A stretch of 32,000 nt of DNA from Thermoproteus tenax Kra 1. GTDB lineage: Archaea; Thermoproteota; Thermoprotei; Thermoproteales; Thermoproteaceae. The position numbers and the translations under genes were made by a program. The stretch spans positions 1,740,001-1,772,000 of the forward strand of contig NC_016070.1 of NCBI RefSeq assembly GCF_000253055.1. Direction: 5' to 3'. Positions 10,564 through 19,694 of the stretch are shown here, piece after piece. Under the pieces are notes generated by a model. That model saw only the letters and a program-made list of their open reading frames with translations. It was not told where the DNA came from and did not search any database. Within the stretch, counting starts at the first letter, position 1, and every line of letters begins with the position of its first letter.

Positions 10564-11886
10564 TTGAGCGTGGAGAGAGCCCGAGTACTGGCATCTATAA
10601 CGCTCAGCTCCTTTGTGATGCCGTACCTAGGCAACGCAATAAATGTTGCAGCCCTCGCCATGTCCCTCAGCCTCGGGGTGCCTGTAGCAAGCGTGGGTTT
10701 TCTGCAGCTGTTGTTGACGTTGGCCACGGCCTCGGCGGTTGTCCCCCTGGGTCGCCTCGCCGATGTGAGCGGCAGACCCAAGGTCTATAGGGCAGGCTTA
10801 GCGCTAATGGCGTTGGCGTCTGCCCTCGCCCTTCTCCCATTGTCGTACTTTGCGTTGGCGTTGATCCTCGCCGTCTTAGGCATAGGCGCTGCCGCCGTCT
10901 ACGGCAGCAATTACGCGATTCTGGTCTCAGCGTATCCGCCAGGCGAGCGCGGCAGAGCAATAGGCATAAACACGCTTGCGGTCTATATAGGTCTCACGAG
11001 CGGTCCCGTGATAGGCGGAATCCTTGCCTCGGCCAACTGGCGCTATATATTCCTTATATCGCTGTTGTTCTCGACGTCATCCTTAGTAATGGCGTTAGAT
11101 ATAGGCGGCGATCGCGCGGCTCGGGAGCCATTCGATGCAGTGGGCGCCGTTTTGTTCTCTATAGGTGTGTTGTTCTCCATGTTGGGGACGGCCGTGTCCC
11201 CATTTATTGGCCTACTGGGCATCGCCCTATTGGCGGCCTTCGGAGCATACGAGGCAACTAGGCCGATCCCTCTGATAGATCCACGTCTCTTCAAAAGGTT
11301 GAGATTTACCGCGGCTGTGTTGGCCTCTCTGTTAAACTATATGGCCACATTTGCGGTGACATTCATGTTGGGCCTCTATCTGGAGAAGCTACGGGGGCTC
11401 CCCTCCTCATATGCCGGCATGTTATTGCTACCGCAACCCGCCATGATGGCGGCCCTCTCCCCTCTGTCTGGGTGGTTATCAGACCTCGTTGAGCCCGGCG
11501 TGATATCATCGGCGGGGATGGCGTTGGCTACCGTTGCGTTAGCCGCCATGTCTACGCTGGGACCAAGCACTAGTCTGTCCACCTTGGAGATAGAGCTTGC
11601 GCTTTTGGGGGTCGGCTTCGCGCTCTTCATATCTCCGAACACCAATATAATTATGAGCTCGGCGGAGCCCAGACATAGAGGCGTGGCCTCGGCTGTAGTC
11701 GCCACGGCCCGGTTGGTCGGCCAGTCGCTTAGCATGGCCATAGCCGTATACATACTGTCGCACGAGGGGGGTTTCGGCGCTGTTCAGACCTCAATGGCCA
11801 TCTACTCGATCATATCGTTGATCGCCTCGATTCTATCTCTCCTTAGGATCAGCGGGCCGAGAACATTTAAGAGAGGGCGGAGGTGA
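10564..11886 (+). CDS. Major facilitator superfamily transporter (DHA-type)
   Basis: Multi-TM protein with GRLADVSGRPKVYRAG and GPVIGGILASANWRYIFL. Confidence 0.9.
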   Translation: MSVERARVLASITLSSFVMPYLGNAINVAALAMSLSLGVPVASVGFLQLLLTLATASAVVPLGRLADVSGRPKVYRAGLALMALASALALLPLSYFALALILAVLGIGAAAVYGSNYAILVSAYPPGERGRAIGINTLAVYIGLTSGPVIGGILASANWRYIFLISLLFSTSSLVMALDIGGDRAAREPFDAVGAVLFSIGVLFSMLGTAVSPFIGLLGIALLAAFGAYEATRPIPLIDPRLFKRLRFTAAVLASLLNYMATFAVTFMLGLYLEKLRGLPSSYAGMLLLPQPAMMAALSPLSGWLSDLVEPGVISSAGMALATVALAAMSTLGPSTSLSTLEIELALLGVGFALFISPNTNIIMSSAEPRHRGVASAVVATARLVGQSLSMAIAVYILSHEGGFGAVQTSMAIYSIISLIASILSLLRISGPRTFKRGRR

Positions 11887-11892
11887 GCGGCC

Positions 11893-12819
11893 GTGATTAT
11901 ACTATACGGGTTCGGCGGAGTTGGAAGGACTCTCGCGGAAGTCATATATGCGAGGACAAACTTCAAGATCTCCGGCATCTTTGATAGTAGAGGAGGCGTC
12001 TTGAACTGCGCCGGTTTCTCGAAGCAAGAGGTGATGAAGTTAGTGGGAGTCCCCAGAGGAGGGGTCGCGGACAGCGGCGTCGGGCGGCGTGCATCGTTGG
12101 ATGAGGCGTTGAACTGCGCTGAAGTTGTCGTTGACGTATCTCCTCCCAACTACAGAGACGGAGAGCCGGCCGCCTCGTTCTATAGAAGGGCTTTGTCCAA
12201 AGGCCTTTCGGTGGTCACAGCAAACAAGGCGCCGTTGGCCCTTTACTTCTCCGAGTTCGCAGATAGGCCCGTCTACTACAAGGCGACGGTTATGGCGGGC
12301 ACGCCCGTCATAGATCTGGCCCAGGGCCTTGTGGGACAAGAGATTATATCAATTAGAGGGGTGCTTAACGGCACCACCAACTACATTCTGACGAGGGTTG
12401 ACAGAGATGGCCTCTCGTTCGAGTCGGCGTTGGAGGAGGCCAAGAGGAAAGGATACGTAGAGCCTGACCCCTCGATCGATCTACAGGGCATCGATGCGGC
12501 CGCCAAATTAGTGATTTTATCTAACACATTGGGACTGAGGTTGGCCTTGAACGATGTAGAGCGGAGGGCGCTTAGCTATCTCGGCCCCCGCACAAAATAT
12601 GTGGCGCAAGCCGACTTCACGACGGGACGCGCCAGCGTAGCTCCGGAGCGGCTTGAGGAGGGCGACTTCTTGTTGCATGCGCTATACACAGTCAACGCTG
12701 TGGAGATCCGTACTGAGGTCAACGAGATAAAGGTAATAGGAAAGGGAGCCGGCAGAGTGGAGACGAGCCTAGCGCTGCTCAACGACATAATGAGGGCCCT
12801 CAGGGAAAGAAGACGGTAA
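11893..12819 (+). CDS. hom: Homoserine dehydrogenase
   Basis: Begins with GTG. IILYGFGGVGRTLAEVI, VVTANKAPLALYF, RGVLNGTTNYILTRV, EPDPSIDLQGIDAAAKLVIL. Confidence 0.93.
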   Translation: MIILYGFGGVGRTLAEVIYARTNFKISGIFDSRGGVLNCAGFSKQEVMKLVGVPRGGVADSGVGRRASLDEALNCAEVVVDVSPPNYRDGEPAASFYRRALSKGLSVVTANKAPLALYFSEFADRPVYYKATVMAGTPVIDLAQGLVGQEIISIRGVLNGTTNYILTRVDRDGLSFESALEEAKRKGYVEPDPSIDLQGIDAAAKLVILSNTLGLRLALNDVERRALSYLGPRTKYVAQADFTTGRASVAPERLEEGDFLLHALYTVNAVEIRTEVNEIKVIGKGAGRVETSLALLNDIMRALRERRR

Positions 12820-13997
12820 TGGAGATCAGCGCAGTATACACCACACTTTTCTATATATCTCTATTGCTCTTCCTGGCCGCTGTATTGAGGTACATACTGA
12901 GGAGGTTGGATATTCCGGGCATTGTTGCCGACATCTTGGCGGGGATCACGCTGAGCCCCTACCTCCTCGGCGCTTATATAAACGCTGTAACGGGCGTAGA
13001 GATAGCTCAAATAAACGACTACATAAGGTTCATGGCGGACTTCGCAGTGGTCCTGCTCATATTTGCTGCGGGCTTGGAGCACGGTCTCACTCCGCTGAGA
13101 GCTGCAGGCTTGTGGGGCGCGCTCGGAGCGATCTTTGGCGCTCTATTGCCCTTCTTAGTCGGCTACTTGAGCTACAGCCCCTATTTGGGCCGAGATCCCG
13201 CGCTATTGATTGGGGCCTCCCTGGGCGCCACTAGCCTCGCTGCGGTAGTTGCGTTATTGTTAGAGCGAAGGGTCGACAATATATCATCGAGGTTCTTAAC
13301 TGCGGCTGCTGCGATAGACGACGTTGTGACTTTCGTGCTCCTCTCAGCGGTGTTGGCGCTCATATCGGCGAGCTCGGGGTCCTCCTCGTGGCTCATCTTC
13401 AAGATAGTGAGTCTTTACGCCATTGCCTGGGTGGCCATCTTCTTTCTATCGTTATCGCTCGTGAAGTGGTTAGGCAAGAGAATCAGAGATGAGTACTCCT
13501 ACGAGTTCTCGTTGGTTGTAATCTTCGGTCTCACTGTCCTCATGACTTTGTTGGGCTTCTCGCCGATCATAGCGGCGTTTATCGCCGGGGTGGCCATAGC
13601 CGAGGGCATGGCCAGAGAGAGCGTTAAAAGGATGACCGAGTCTCTGTTGGAGCTCATGGGGCCGATTTTCTTCGTCACTATCGGGGCTGAGAGCGACGTG
13701 CGCGGGCTAGGCCTCGGAGGGCTATTGACCGCCTTAGCGCTTACAGCGATCGCAGTAGTGTTTAAGATGATCGGCGTTCTGCCGTTTGCATATTTGTACA
13801 ATAGAGATCTGAAAGCCTCGCTTGCCATAGCCATTGGCATGATCCCGAGGGGAGAGACGGGGCTAGCCATAGCGTCTCTCGGGTTTTCCATGGAGATCCT
13901 CGGCCGTCCGGAGTTCACAGCGCTCGTCCTTATGTCTCTCTTGACTACAATTATCGGCTCAATATTTTCACGCAGAACACTGAAGTGGCTTAGATAA
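12819..13997 (+). CDS. CPA2-family cation:proton antiporter
   Basis: RRLDIPGIVADILAGITLSPYLLG, FAAGLEHGLTPL, GMIPRGETGLAIASLGF. Start coupled to the hom stop. Confidence 0.88.
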   Translation: MEISAVYTTLFYISLLLFLAAVLRYILRRLDIPGIVADILAGITLSPYLLGAYINAVTGVEIAQINDYIRFMADFAVVLLIFAAGLEHGLTPLRAAGLWGALGAIFGALLPFLVGYLSYSPYLGRDPALLIGASLGATSLAAVVALLLERRVDNISSRFLTAAAAIDDVVTFVLLSAVLALISASSGSSSWLIFKIVSLYAIAWVAIFFLSLSLVKWLGKRIRDEYSYEFSLVVIFGLTVLMTLLGFSPIIAAFIAGVAIAEGMARESVKRMTESLLELMGPIFFVTIGAESDVRGLGLGGLLTALALTAIAVVFKMIGVLPFAYLYNRDLKASLAIAIGMIPRGETGLAIASLGFSMEILGRPEFTALVLMSLLTTIIGSIFSRRTLKWLR

Positions 13998-15017
13998 TCA
14001 ATATAGGCCCAACTTTATCAAGAGCTCTGTGGCCAATACCGCATTGCCGGCCGCGCCTCTGATAGTGTTATGGCCCAACACAACGAAGGCCAGCTTGCGT
14101 GCCCCCAGCTTCCTTGCTCTGCCTACCACTACAGACATGCCGTTTCCAGCCATTCTGTCCAATCTAGGTTGCGGTCTATCTGGGTTCTTAGTCACAATGA
14201 TGGGCGCCTCGGGCGCTGTCGGGAGCCCTAGCTCTTGGGGAAGCCCTCTGAATTTGGCCAACAGCTCCAACACGCCCTCTATGTCGAAGTCGCGCTCTGT
14301 GTCGACATAGACTACCTCGGTATGCCCATCTACAACTGGTACTCGCGTGGTGGTGGCATAGATCTCTAGATCTCTCCGGAATATCTTTTTGGTCTCATTG
14401 ACTATCTTCTCCTCCTCCCCTCTGATGTAGGGTATCAAGTTGTCCAATATGGCCATTGAGGCCACGCCGGAGAAGCCGGCCCCGCTAACGGCCTGCATAG
14501 TCACCACGTGGAGCCTCACTATGCCGAACTCGTCGAGTATGGGCTTCAGCGGGAGGTCAAGGATCGTGGTGCTACAGTTAGGCTTCTTTATGATGCCGCC
14601 GCTCCATCCCCTTTTCCTCTGCTCCCTAAGTAGCTCGAGGTCGCGCGGGTTGACCTCAGGTATTACGAGAGGTATATCGGGCTCCAGCCTCATGTTGCTG
14701 GAGTTGCTGACAACAAGGTAGCCGCGCCGGGCCAACTCGGGCTCTACTTTCGCTGCCACCTCGGACGGCAACGCGGAGAACACTACGTCGACCTTAGGCA
14801 CCGAATCAACGTCTAGTTTATCTATCTTGAGCTCCGCCGCCTTCTCCGGTAGAGGAGTCTCGAGGACCCAGTTGATGTCTCCGTATCTTTTGCCCGCGCT
14901 CCGTTCCGACGCTGCGACGCCCACAAGCTCGAACCACGGATGTTCCGCTAGAAGTTGGACGTACCTCTGCCCTACTAGGCCGGTGGCGCCTATTACGTAC
15001 GCCCTTAGTTTATCCAT
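13998..15017 (-). CDS. asd: Aspartate-semialdehyde dehydrogenase
   Basis: AYVIGATGLVGQRYVQLL, VVSNSSNMRLEPDIPLVIPEVNP, KPNCSTTILDLPLKPI, MVVGRARK-type C-terminus. Start set at MDKLRAYVIG. Confidence 0.95.
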   Translation of the reverse strand: MDKLRAYVIGATGLVGQRYVQLLAEHPWFELVGVAASERSAGKRYGDINWVLETPLPEKAAELKIDKLDVDSVPKVDVVFSALPSEVAAKVEPELARRGYLVVSNSSNMRLEPDIPLVIPEVNPRDLELLREQRKRGWSGGIIKKPNCSTTILDLPLKPILDEFGIVRLHVVTMQAVSGAGFSGVASMAILDNLIPYIRGEEEKIVNETKKIFRRDLEIYATTTRVPVVDGHTEVVYVDTERDFDIEGVLELLAKFRGLPQELGLPTAPEAPIIVTKNPDRPQPRLDRMAGNGMSVVVGRARKLGARKLAFVVLGHNTIRGAAGNAVLATELLIKLGLY

Positions 15018-15997
15018 ACGAGCTTCTCGAAGTAGGGCTTGACGAAGAGGTCGTGGGCCCACTTGGGCGGCATGGGCACATGGGCAGCGAAACGGCTCAC
15101 GTACTCTCCGCCGAGTTTGACTATCTCCTCAGCATCTAGGCCTACTACGCAAGAGCCCTCTCCGCATCTGAGCACCACTTTATAGGGCGGAGGCGCGTAG
15201 AAGTTCCCTATGACGGTGCCCCTGCTCCAATAGTTTCTCACTTCCACATACATGCCGTTGGTTACGGGCTCGAAAGTCCTCGGGTGGAAGTTTTTGGCTC
15301 CTAACCTCGCGGCCTCAACCGCCTCCTCTACGGACATCATTGGGAGTATCTTGGCCTCGGGCACCTCCTGTGGATTGGCCGTAAGAACGCCCGGGGCGTC
15401 GGTCACTAGAATCACTCTTCTGTAGCCTAGGAGCTTTGCCAAGAAGGTCGCAGTGTAATCGCTGCCTCCTCTGCCAACGGTGGTGAATCTGCCGTCTCGG
15501 GTCCTGCCGATGAAGCCTGTCACGACTGACACGCCCTCGTTCTCGCCTATTTCCTCGGCCAGGCTTTTGTCTTCCAGCGGCTTAGCTGAGCCGAAATTAT
15601 CGTCGGTTATTATGGGGGCCACGAAGAGCTTGCTCTCGAGGCCTATCCTCCTCAATAGGCCGTGCATTATAGTGGCGGAGAGTCTCTCGCCGAAAGACAT
15701 AAAGTAGTCTAATACGTCGGGACCCTCGGGCATGTCCAAGGCCTTGTACAGCTCTCTCAGGAGCGGGTCTATGCCAGATACCCCGAGCCTTTTGGCTATC
15801 TCTACGTGTATCTCTCTAATTGCTTCATATATGCTCTCGTGTCTGGTCTTGTACAGCTCTATGAGCATATCGGTGACTCCTTTTACTGCGGACACCACGA
15901 CGACAGGTTTATCGAAGGTCGAGATGAATTTGGCGGCGTCTAAAAAGTGTTGGGCGCTCCTCAAGAGGGAGCCCCCTATCTTTATTACGGTCCTCAT
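15005..15997 (-). CDS. lysC: Aspartate kinase
   Basis: MRTVIKIGGSLLRSA, VVVVSAVKGVTDML, FIGRTRDGRFTTVGRGGSDYTATFLAKLLG, TDAPGVLTANPQEVPEAK. Confidence 0.93.
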   Translation of the reverse strand: MRTVIKIGGSLLRSAQHFLDAAKFISTFDKPVVVVSAVKGVTDMLIELYKTRHESIYEAIREIHVEIAKRLGVSGIDPLLRELYKALDMPEGPDVLDYFMSFGERLSATIMHGLLRRIGLESKLFVAPIITDDNFGSAKPLEDKSLAEEIGENEGVSVVTGFIGRTRDGRFTTVGRGGSDYTATFLAKLLGYRRVILVTDAPGVLTANPQEVPEAKILPMMSVEEAVEAARLGAKNFHPRTFEPVTNGMYVEVRNYWSRGTVIGNFYAPPPYKVVLRCGEGSCVVGLDAEEIVKLGGEYVSRFAAHVPMPPKWAHDLFVKPYFEKLVWIN

Positions 15998-17067
15998 CTC
16001 TCTAAAATCCTCATTAGCTCTTCGTGAGAGGGGACTTGGACTGTTTTAACTTCAACTATGTCGGGATCCTTCAGGGCGTGGCCCGTGACTACGGCCACGG
16101 TGGTGCCCGGGAGGTCTAACGACAGAGCGCCCGCCACCGACGCGGCGCCCGCCAGTTCGGCCCCTATACCGTCGTTACGCGCGAGAAGAGCCTGAGCCCT
16201 CAAGATCTCCCCATCGTCGACCTCCACGAGCATCCCGCCAGATTCTTGCACCGCTATAAAAGCCTTCATCCAATTCACTGGCTTGCCGATCCTAATAGCC
16301 GACGCCACAGTGGACGGTCTCTCGACGAACAGAGGAACCCTCAGACCTTCCCGCCAAGCTCTGGCCAGCGGAGCTGCTCCGGACGCCTGTACGCCTATCA
16401 TGCGCGGTAGCTTGGGACAGAGGCCCAGCATATTGAGCTCCTTGAAGCCTTTCCATATGGCGTAGATATTTCCCGCGTTTCCTACAGGCACAACCACATT
16501 GTCGGGACACCCCAGATCTTCGTATATTTCAAAGGCAGTGGTCTTCTGTCCCTCAAGGCGCCACGGGTTAAAGCTGTTCAAAGGATATGCGTATTTAGTG
16601 CCGTACTCCATCACTAAATCCAAGGCCTTGTCGAAGAATCCATCGACGACTAGGATCTCTGCCCCATGTAGCGCCGCTTGGACCAACTTTCCTCTGGCCA
16701 CGTTACCCTTGGGGAGGACAACGTAGGCCCTCATTCCGGCGCGCGCCGCATAAGCCGCGGCTGAGGCGGCAGTATTGCCAGTGGACGCCACGATGACCTT
16801 ATTTGCGCCTGACTCGCGCGCCACGGTCACTCCGAGCGCCATTCCTCTGTCCTTAAAGCTACCCGTAGGGTTAGCTCCATCGAACTTGATCCAGAGGTTC
16901 CTCTTCAGTCGGGACTCTATAAGTGGAGTTCTTCCCTCGCCCATGGTCACTCCGCTTTTCAGAGGCAACATGTCCGCATAGCGCCAGATCCCAGATCCTT
17001 TAGGCGACCACTGTAGATCCTTGACTGAGACGTCGAGCAATCCGCCGCACTTGGGACATCTGAACAA
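15994..17067 (-). CDS. thrC: Threonine synthase (the open frame extends upstream of the called start; see finding)
   Basis: FRCPKCGGLLDV, FDGANPTGSFKDRGMALGVTVARESG (PLP lysine), VIVASTGNTAASAAAYAARAG. Confidence 0.92.
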   Translation of the reverse strand: MFRCPKCGGLLDVSVKDLQWSPKGSGIWRYADMLPLKSGVTMGEGRTPLIESRLKRNLWIKFDGANPTGSFKDRGMALGVTVARESGANKVIVASTGNTAASAAAYAARAGMRAYVVLPKGNVARGKLVQAALHGAEILVVDGFFDKALDLVMEYGTKYAYPLNSFNPWRLEGQKTTAFEIYEDLGCPDNVVVPVGNAGNIYAIWKGFKELNMLGLCPKLPRMIGVQASGAAPLARAWREGLRVPLFVERPSTVASAIRIGKPVNWMKAFIAVQESGGMLVEVDDGEILRAQALLARNDGIGAELAGAASVAGALSLDLPGTTVAVVTGHALKDPDIVEVKTVQVPSHEELMRILER

Positions 17068-17163
17068 TCTATAGTCCGCTGGATATTCCGATCCACAACT
17101 TACGCAACGGAGGACGACGCCGGATTTATTGTCCCCGAGGGCATAGAGGCAAAGAATGGCGTC

Positions 17164-17172
17164 TATATAAAT
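17164..17172 (-). promoter_or_regulatory. TATA-like promoter element for the thrC-lysC-asd block
   Basis: Minus-strand AATTTATATAG, centred about 24 nt upstream of an ATG whose first base is 17144, as in leaderless archaeal transcripts. Confidence 0.6.
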
Positions 17173-17251
17173 TTTTCTAGGTATTATTTATTCTCTACAG
17201 ACGCCCCGGCAGAGCTGTTAGCCCCCACGGATTTTATGTGTCGGGTTGAGG

Positions 17252-17385
17252 AGCGCCCCCTTTCAAAGAGCGGTGCCCCGGCCCTCCCCCGGGGACAAGG
17301 TTTGGCCCGCCCCCGCCAGACGCCGCGAGGGCGGGGCGGAGGCGAGGGGGCACGGCCGTGCCCCGGCGCACGGGCGCGGCTGATC
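17252..17385 (+). repeat. G+C-rich dispersed element, copy A
   Basis: Shares AGCGCCCCCTT, GGCCGGGG/GGGCCGGG blocks, GCCCGCCCC and GGCGAGGGG..ACGGCCG.GCCC in collinear order with the reverse complement of 30490-30600. Contains an 18-nt perfect palindrome GGGGCACGGCCGTGCCCC at 17347-17364. Confidence 0.65.
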
Positions 17386-17451
17386 GGCCGACTATAGACT
17401 TCCTCGAGAATTCCTCCGGGACTCCAGCCGCCCATGGGCCCTCTTTGGGGA

Positions 17452-19041
17452 CTAAGCGCCGCGAGGAGGACCGCAGAGCCAGCCGGCAATGCTATATAGT
17501 AGGCGCGAGTTGTTGCCTTGTTCTATAAAGTATGGCATGAAGGACATAATAGTGCCGACCGCTGTCACGTTGCCCCTCTGTAGAACCACAGGGTAGAGCC
17601 CGGGGCCATAGCCTAGGAGGGAGGCATTGACGTAGACGCCAACTCCGGAGCCCGCCAGAGCGGCCGGATTGTAGAAGAGGAAGTCGCCGTGGTATAGATC
17701 GGTCGAGTTCACATAGCCAGACTCCACAAACTGCCAGTTATAGGAGAACGGCAACAGAGACGCCGAGGTGTTATATAAATATCCTGGCATTATCGAGATG
17801 CCGAACGGCGTCAACAAGCTGTCGAGGTATATCGGTTCCGACGGCGTGGTCGCTAACAGCGAGTAGCCAAGGCGCGGGTCGTAGAAGACGGCCAGCCTAC
17901 CCCCTCTCTCTACGAAGGACTCTATGACTTCGGCGGACGAAGAATAGGGCTCAGTAGGCTCAGCCACAACTAATGCCGTTGCGTTGTTCAACAACTGCAC
18001 CAAACGGTCGGAGGACGTGGCGAAGGTTATGCTACAGTTCTGGAGCGCCAAATAAGAGGCAAGGGCTTGGATGAACTCCTGCGGCACTAGATTGCCGTGG
18101 CTCAAGTCGACTACTACGTACTTTCCCGACGGCTTAAACTGAGGCGGCCGATATGAGGGCACGCTGGCGTTTATTTTCAGTTGGACAGCGCCCAAGTACA
18201 TATAGAACACAGGCACCTTAGTGGAGTTGAGGAGGACGCCCAACGGTACTTTGGCCTCGCTTGAGAGAGACGCCGTGCAGTTCGGCGGCGACACGCCGAA
18301 GTAGGAATATATGGAGACGACCTTGTAGGAGACAAGGCCTAGCGATCTGGCCATGTCAGCGACGGCTTGGGATATGCCGCCTATCTGGTCGGCGAGACCC
18401 AGTTTGACGGCTTCGGCACCTGTGAAGAGGCGCCCAGTGGCCAAGAGGTCCGGAGACGCCCTCAATCTGGCCCCTCTGCTCTGTTCGACGGCGTCAAGAA
18501 AGGCCTCGGCAGCCTGTCCGACGTAGTTGTAGTATTGTGGCAACGACATGCCGAAAAGCTTGTCGTAGCCCGAGGAGTAGACCTCTGCGGGCAGAGGAGT
18601 CCAGAACACATAGGGCTCAATCACGGTCCATGCGCCTATATTTCCTACGAGAGAGCCGCCGGATACATATATCCTCTGCGCTGTCATCGAGACATAGTAG
18701 GCGCCGGATGCGTCTAGGCCGACCACAACGGCGTAGATAGGTTTATCGAGCCCTCTGAGGGCTCCATAGAGGGCCTCGGTGGCGTCAAGGGTGCCGCCGG
18801 GTGAATCGATGTATAATATGACGCCAGCTACGTTGTCGCTCGAGTTCAACGCTAAGATCTTCGGCACAAGCGGATCGACCCAGCAGCTAGTTATTGGCGT
18901 CGTGATCGGAATCACTACTATATACTTGGCGTGTCTCTCCGCCGGCTGAGGGGGCGGGCCCATTGCTATGTATATTACTGCCAAGACGACGCTGAGAGAG
19001 GCCAGGAAGAGACCCACGTAGACTAGTTTTTCTCGATCCAT
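17452..19041 (-). CDS. Membrane-anchored ClpP/SppA-like (S49-type) serine protease with an additional C-terminal domain
   Basis: N-terminal TM, VAGVILYIDSPGGTLDATEALYGALRGLDKPIYAVVVGLDASGAYYVSMTAQRIYVSGGSLVGNIG, then a second domain with TALVVAEPTEPYSSSAEVIESFVERGGRLAVFYDPRLGY. Start set at MDREKLVYVG. Confidence 0.8.
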   Translation of the reverse strand: MDREKLVYVGLFLASLSVVLAVIYIAMGPPPQPAERHAKYIVVIPITTPITSCWVDPLVPKILALNSSDNVAGVILYIDSPGGTLDATEALYGALRGLDKPIYAVVVGLDASGAYYVSMTAQRIYVSGGSLVGNIGAWTVIEPYVFWTPLPAEVYSSGYDKLFGMSLPQYYNYVGQAAEAFLDAVEQSRGARLRASPDLLATGRLFTGAEAVKLGLADQIGGISQAVADMARSLGLVSYKVVSIYSYFGVSPPNCTASLSSEAKVPLGVLLNSTKVPVFYMYLGAVQLKINASVPSYRPPQFKPSGKYVVVDLSHGNLVPQEFIQALASYLALQNCSITFATSSDRLVQLLNNATALVVAEPTEPYSSSAEVIESFVERGGRLAVFYDPRLGYSLLATTPSEPIYLDSLLTPFGISIMPGYLYNTSASLLPFSYNWQFVESGYVNSTDLYHGDFLFYNPAALAGSGVGVYVNASLLGYGPGLYPVVLQRGNVTAVGTIMSFMPYFIEQGNNSRLLYSIAGWLCGPPRGA

Positions 19042-19085
19042 GGCGTTTGGCGTTATTGTTATTATTAAATTGACAGAACCCGGCC

Positions 19086-19694
19086 ATGACGCCGATCGAG
19101 TTCCTGGCGTTGGTGGGCCAGATCTATGCCATCGAGAATCCAATAGGGAAATTGGGCATAGTGGGCGAAATGGCGATGAACAAGCCCAAGGAGTTCAAGA
19201 GGGCCATAAGAGCCATGGCGGCCACCGTCGTCGTGCTTTCTACGATCTTCTCTGTCGCCGGTGCGCCGCTCCTGGCTCTCTTGAACGTGAACATGGCCAG
19301 CTTCAAGATCGCCGGCGGAATAATCATATTAGCCACGGCGATTGTAACCTTAGTTCACGGTAGCACTGTGACTCTTAGGGGCAGGCCTGAGGAAGTCGCC
19401 GTAGTACCACTGGCGACCCCACTGATAGTCGGCCCAGGCACCATTACTACGCTCATTTTATTCTCAAGCATATATGGCGTATCAGTGACTCTGTTGGCAG
19501 CTCTGGTCGCCTCGGCCTTGTCTATAATGACTCTATACGGAGGGGCTTGGTTCGTAAGATCTTTTGGGCCGATGCCGGCTAGAGCTCTGGGCAGGTTTAT
19601 GGCGCTTATAATAGCGACTGCGGGCACAGACCTCATCTTAACCGGAGTATCTCAGTATGTATCTCAACTTCTCCGAAGCCTTAGCCAAACGTAG
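19086..19694 (+). CDS. MarC-family (UPF0056) integral membrane protein
   Basis: IENPIGKLGIVGEM, FKIAGGIIILATAIVTL, VAVVPLATPLIVGPGTITTLILFSSIYG. Confidence 0.9.
   Translation: MTPIEFLALVGQIYAIENPIGKLGIVGEMAMNKPKEFKRAIRAMAATVVVLSTIFSVAGAPLLALLNVNMASFKIAGGIIILATAIVTLVHGSTVTLRGRPEEVAVVPLATPLIVGPGTITTLILFSSIYGVSVTLLAALVASALSIMTLYGGAWFVRSFGPMPARALGRFMALIIATAGTDLILTGVSQYVSQLLRSLSQT

Noticed and set aside
17204-17400. G+C-rich spacer as an SRP RNA or RNase P RNA
   Set aside because: I could not find the GGAAG...AGCA helix 8 motif of SRP RNA or the conserved P4-type motifs of RNase P RNA, and a second related copy argues against a single-copy housekeeping RNA.
17184-17489. ORF 17184..17489 - (101 aa, Pro/Gly/Ala/Arg-rich)
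   Set aside because: It runs through the G+C-rich repeat and its composition reflects that DNA. No protein-like pattern.
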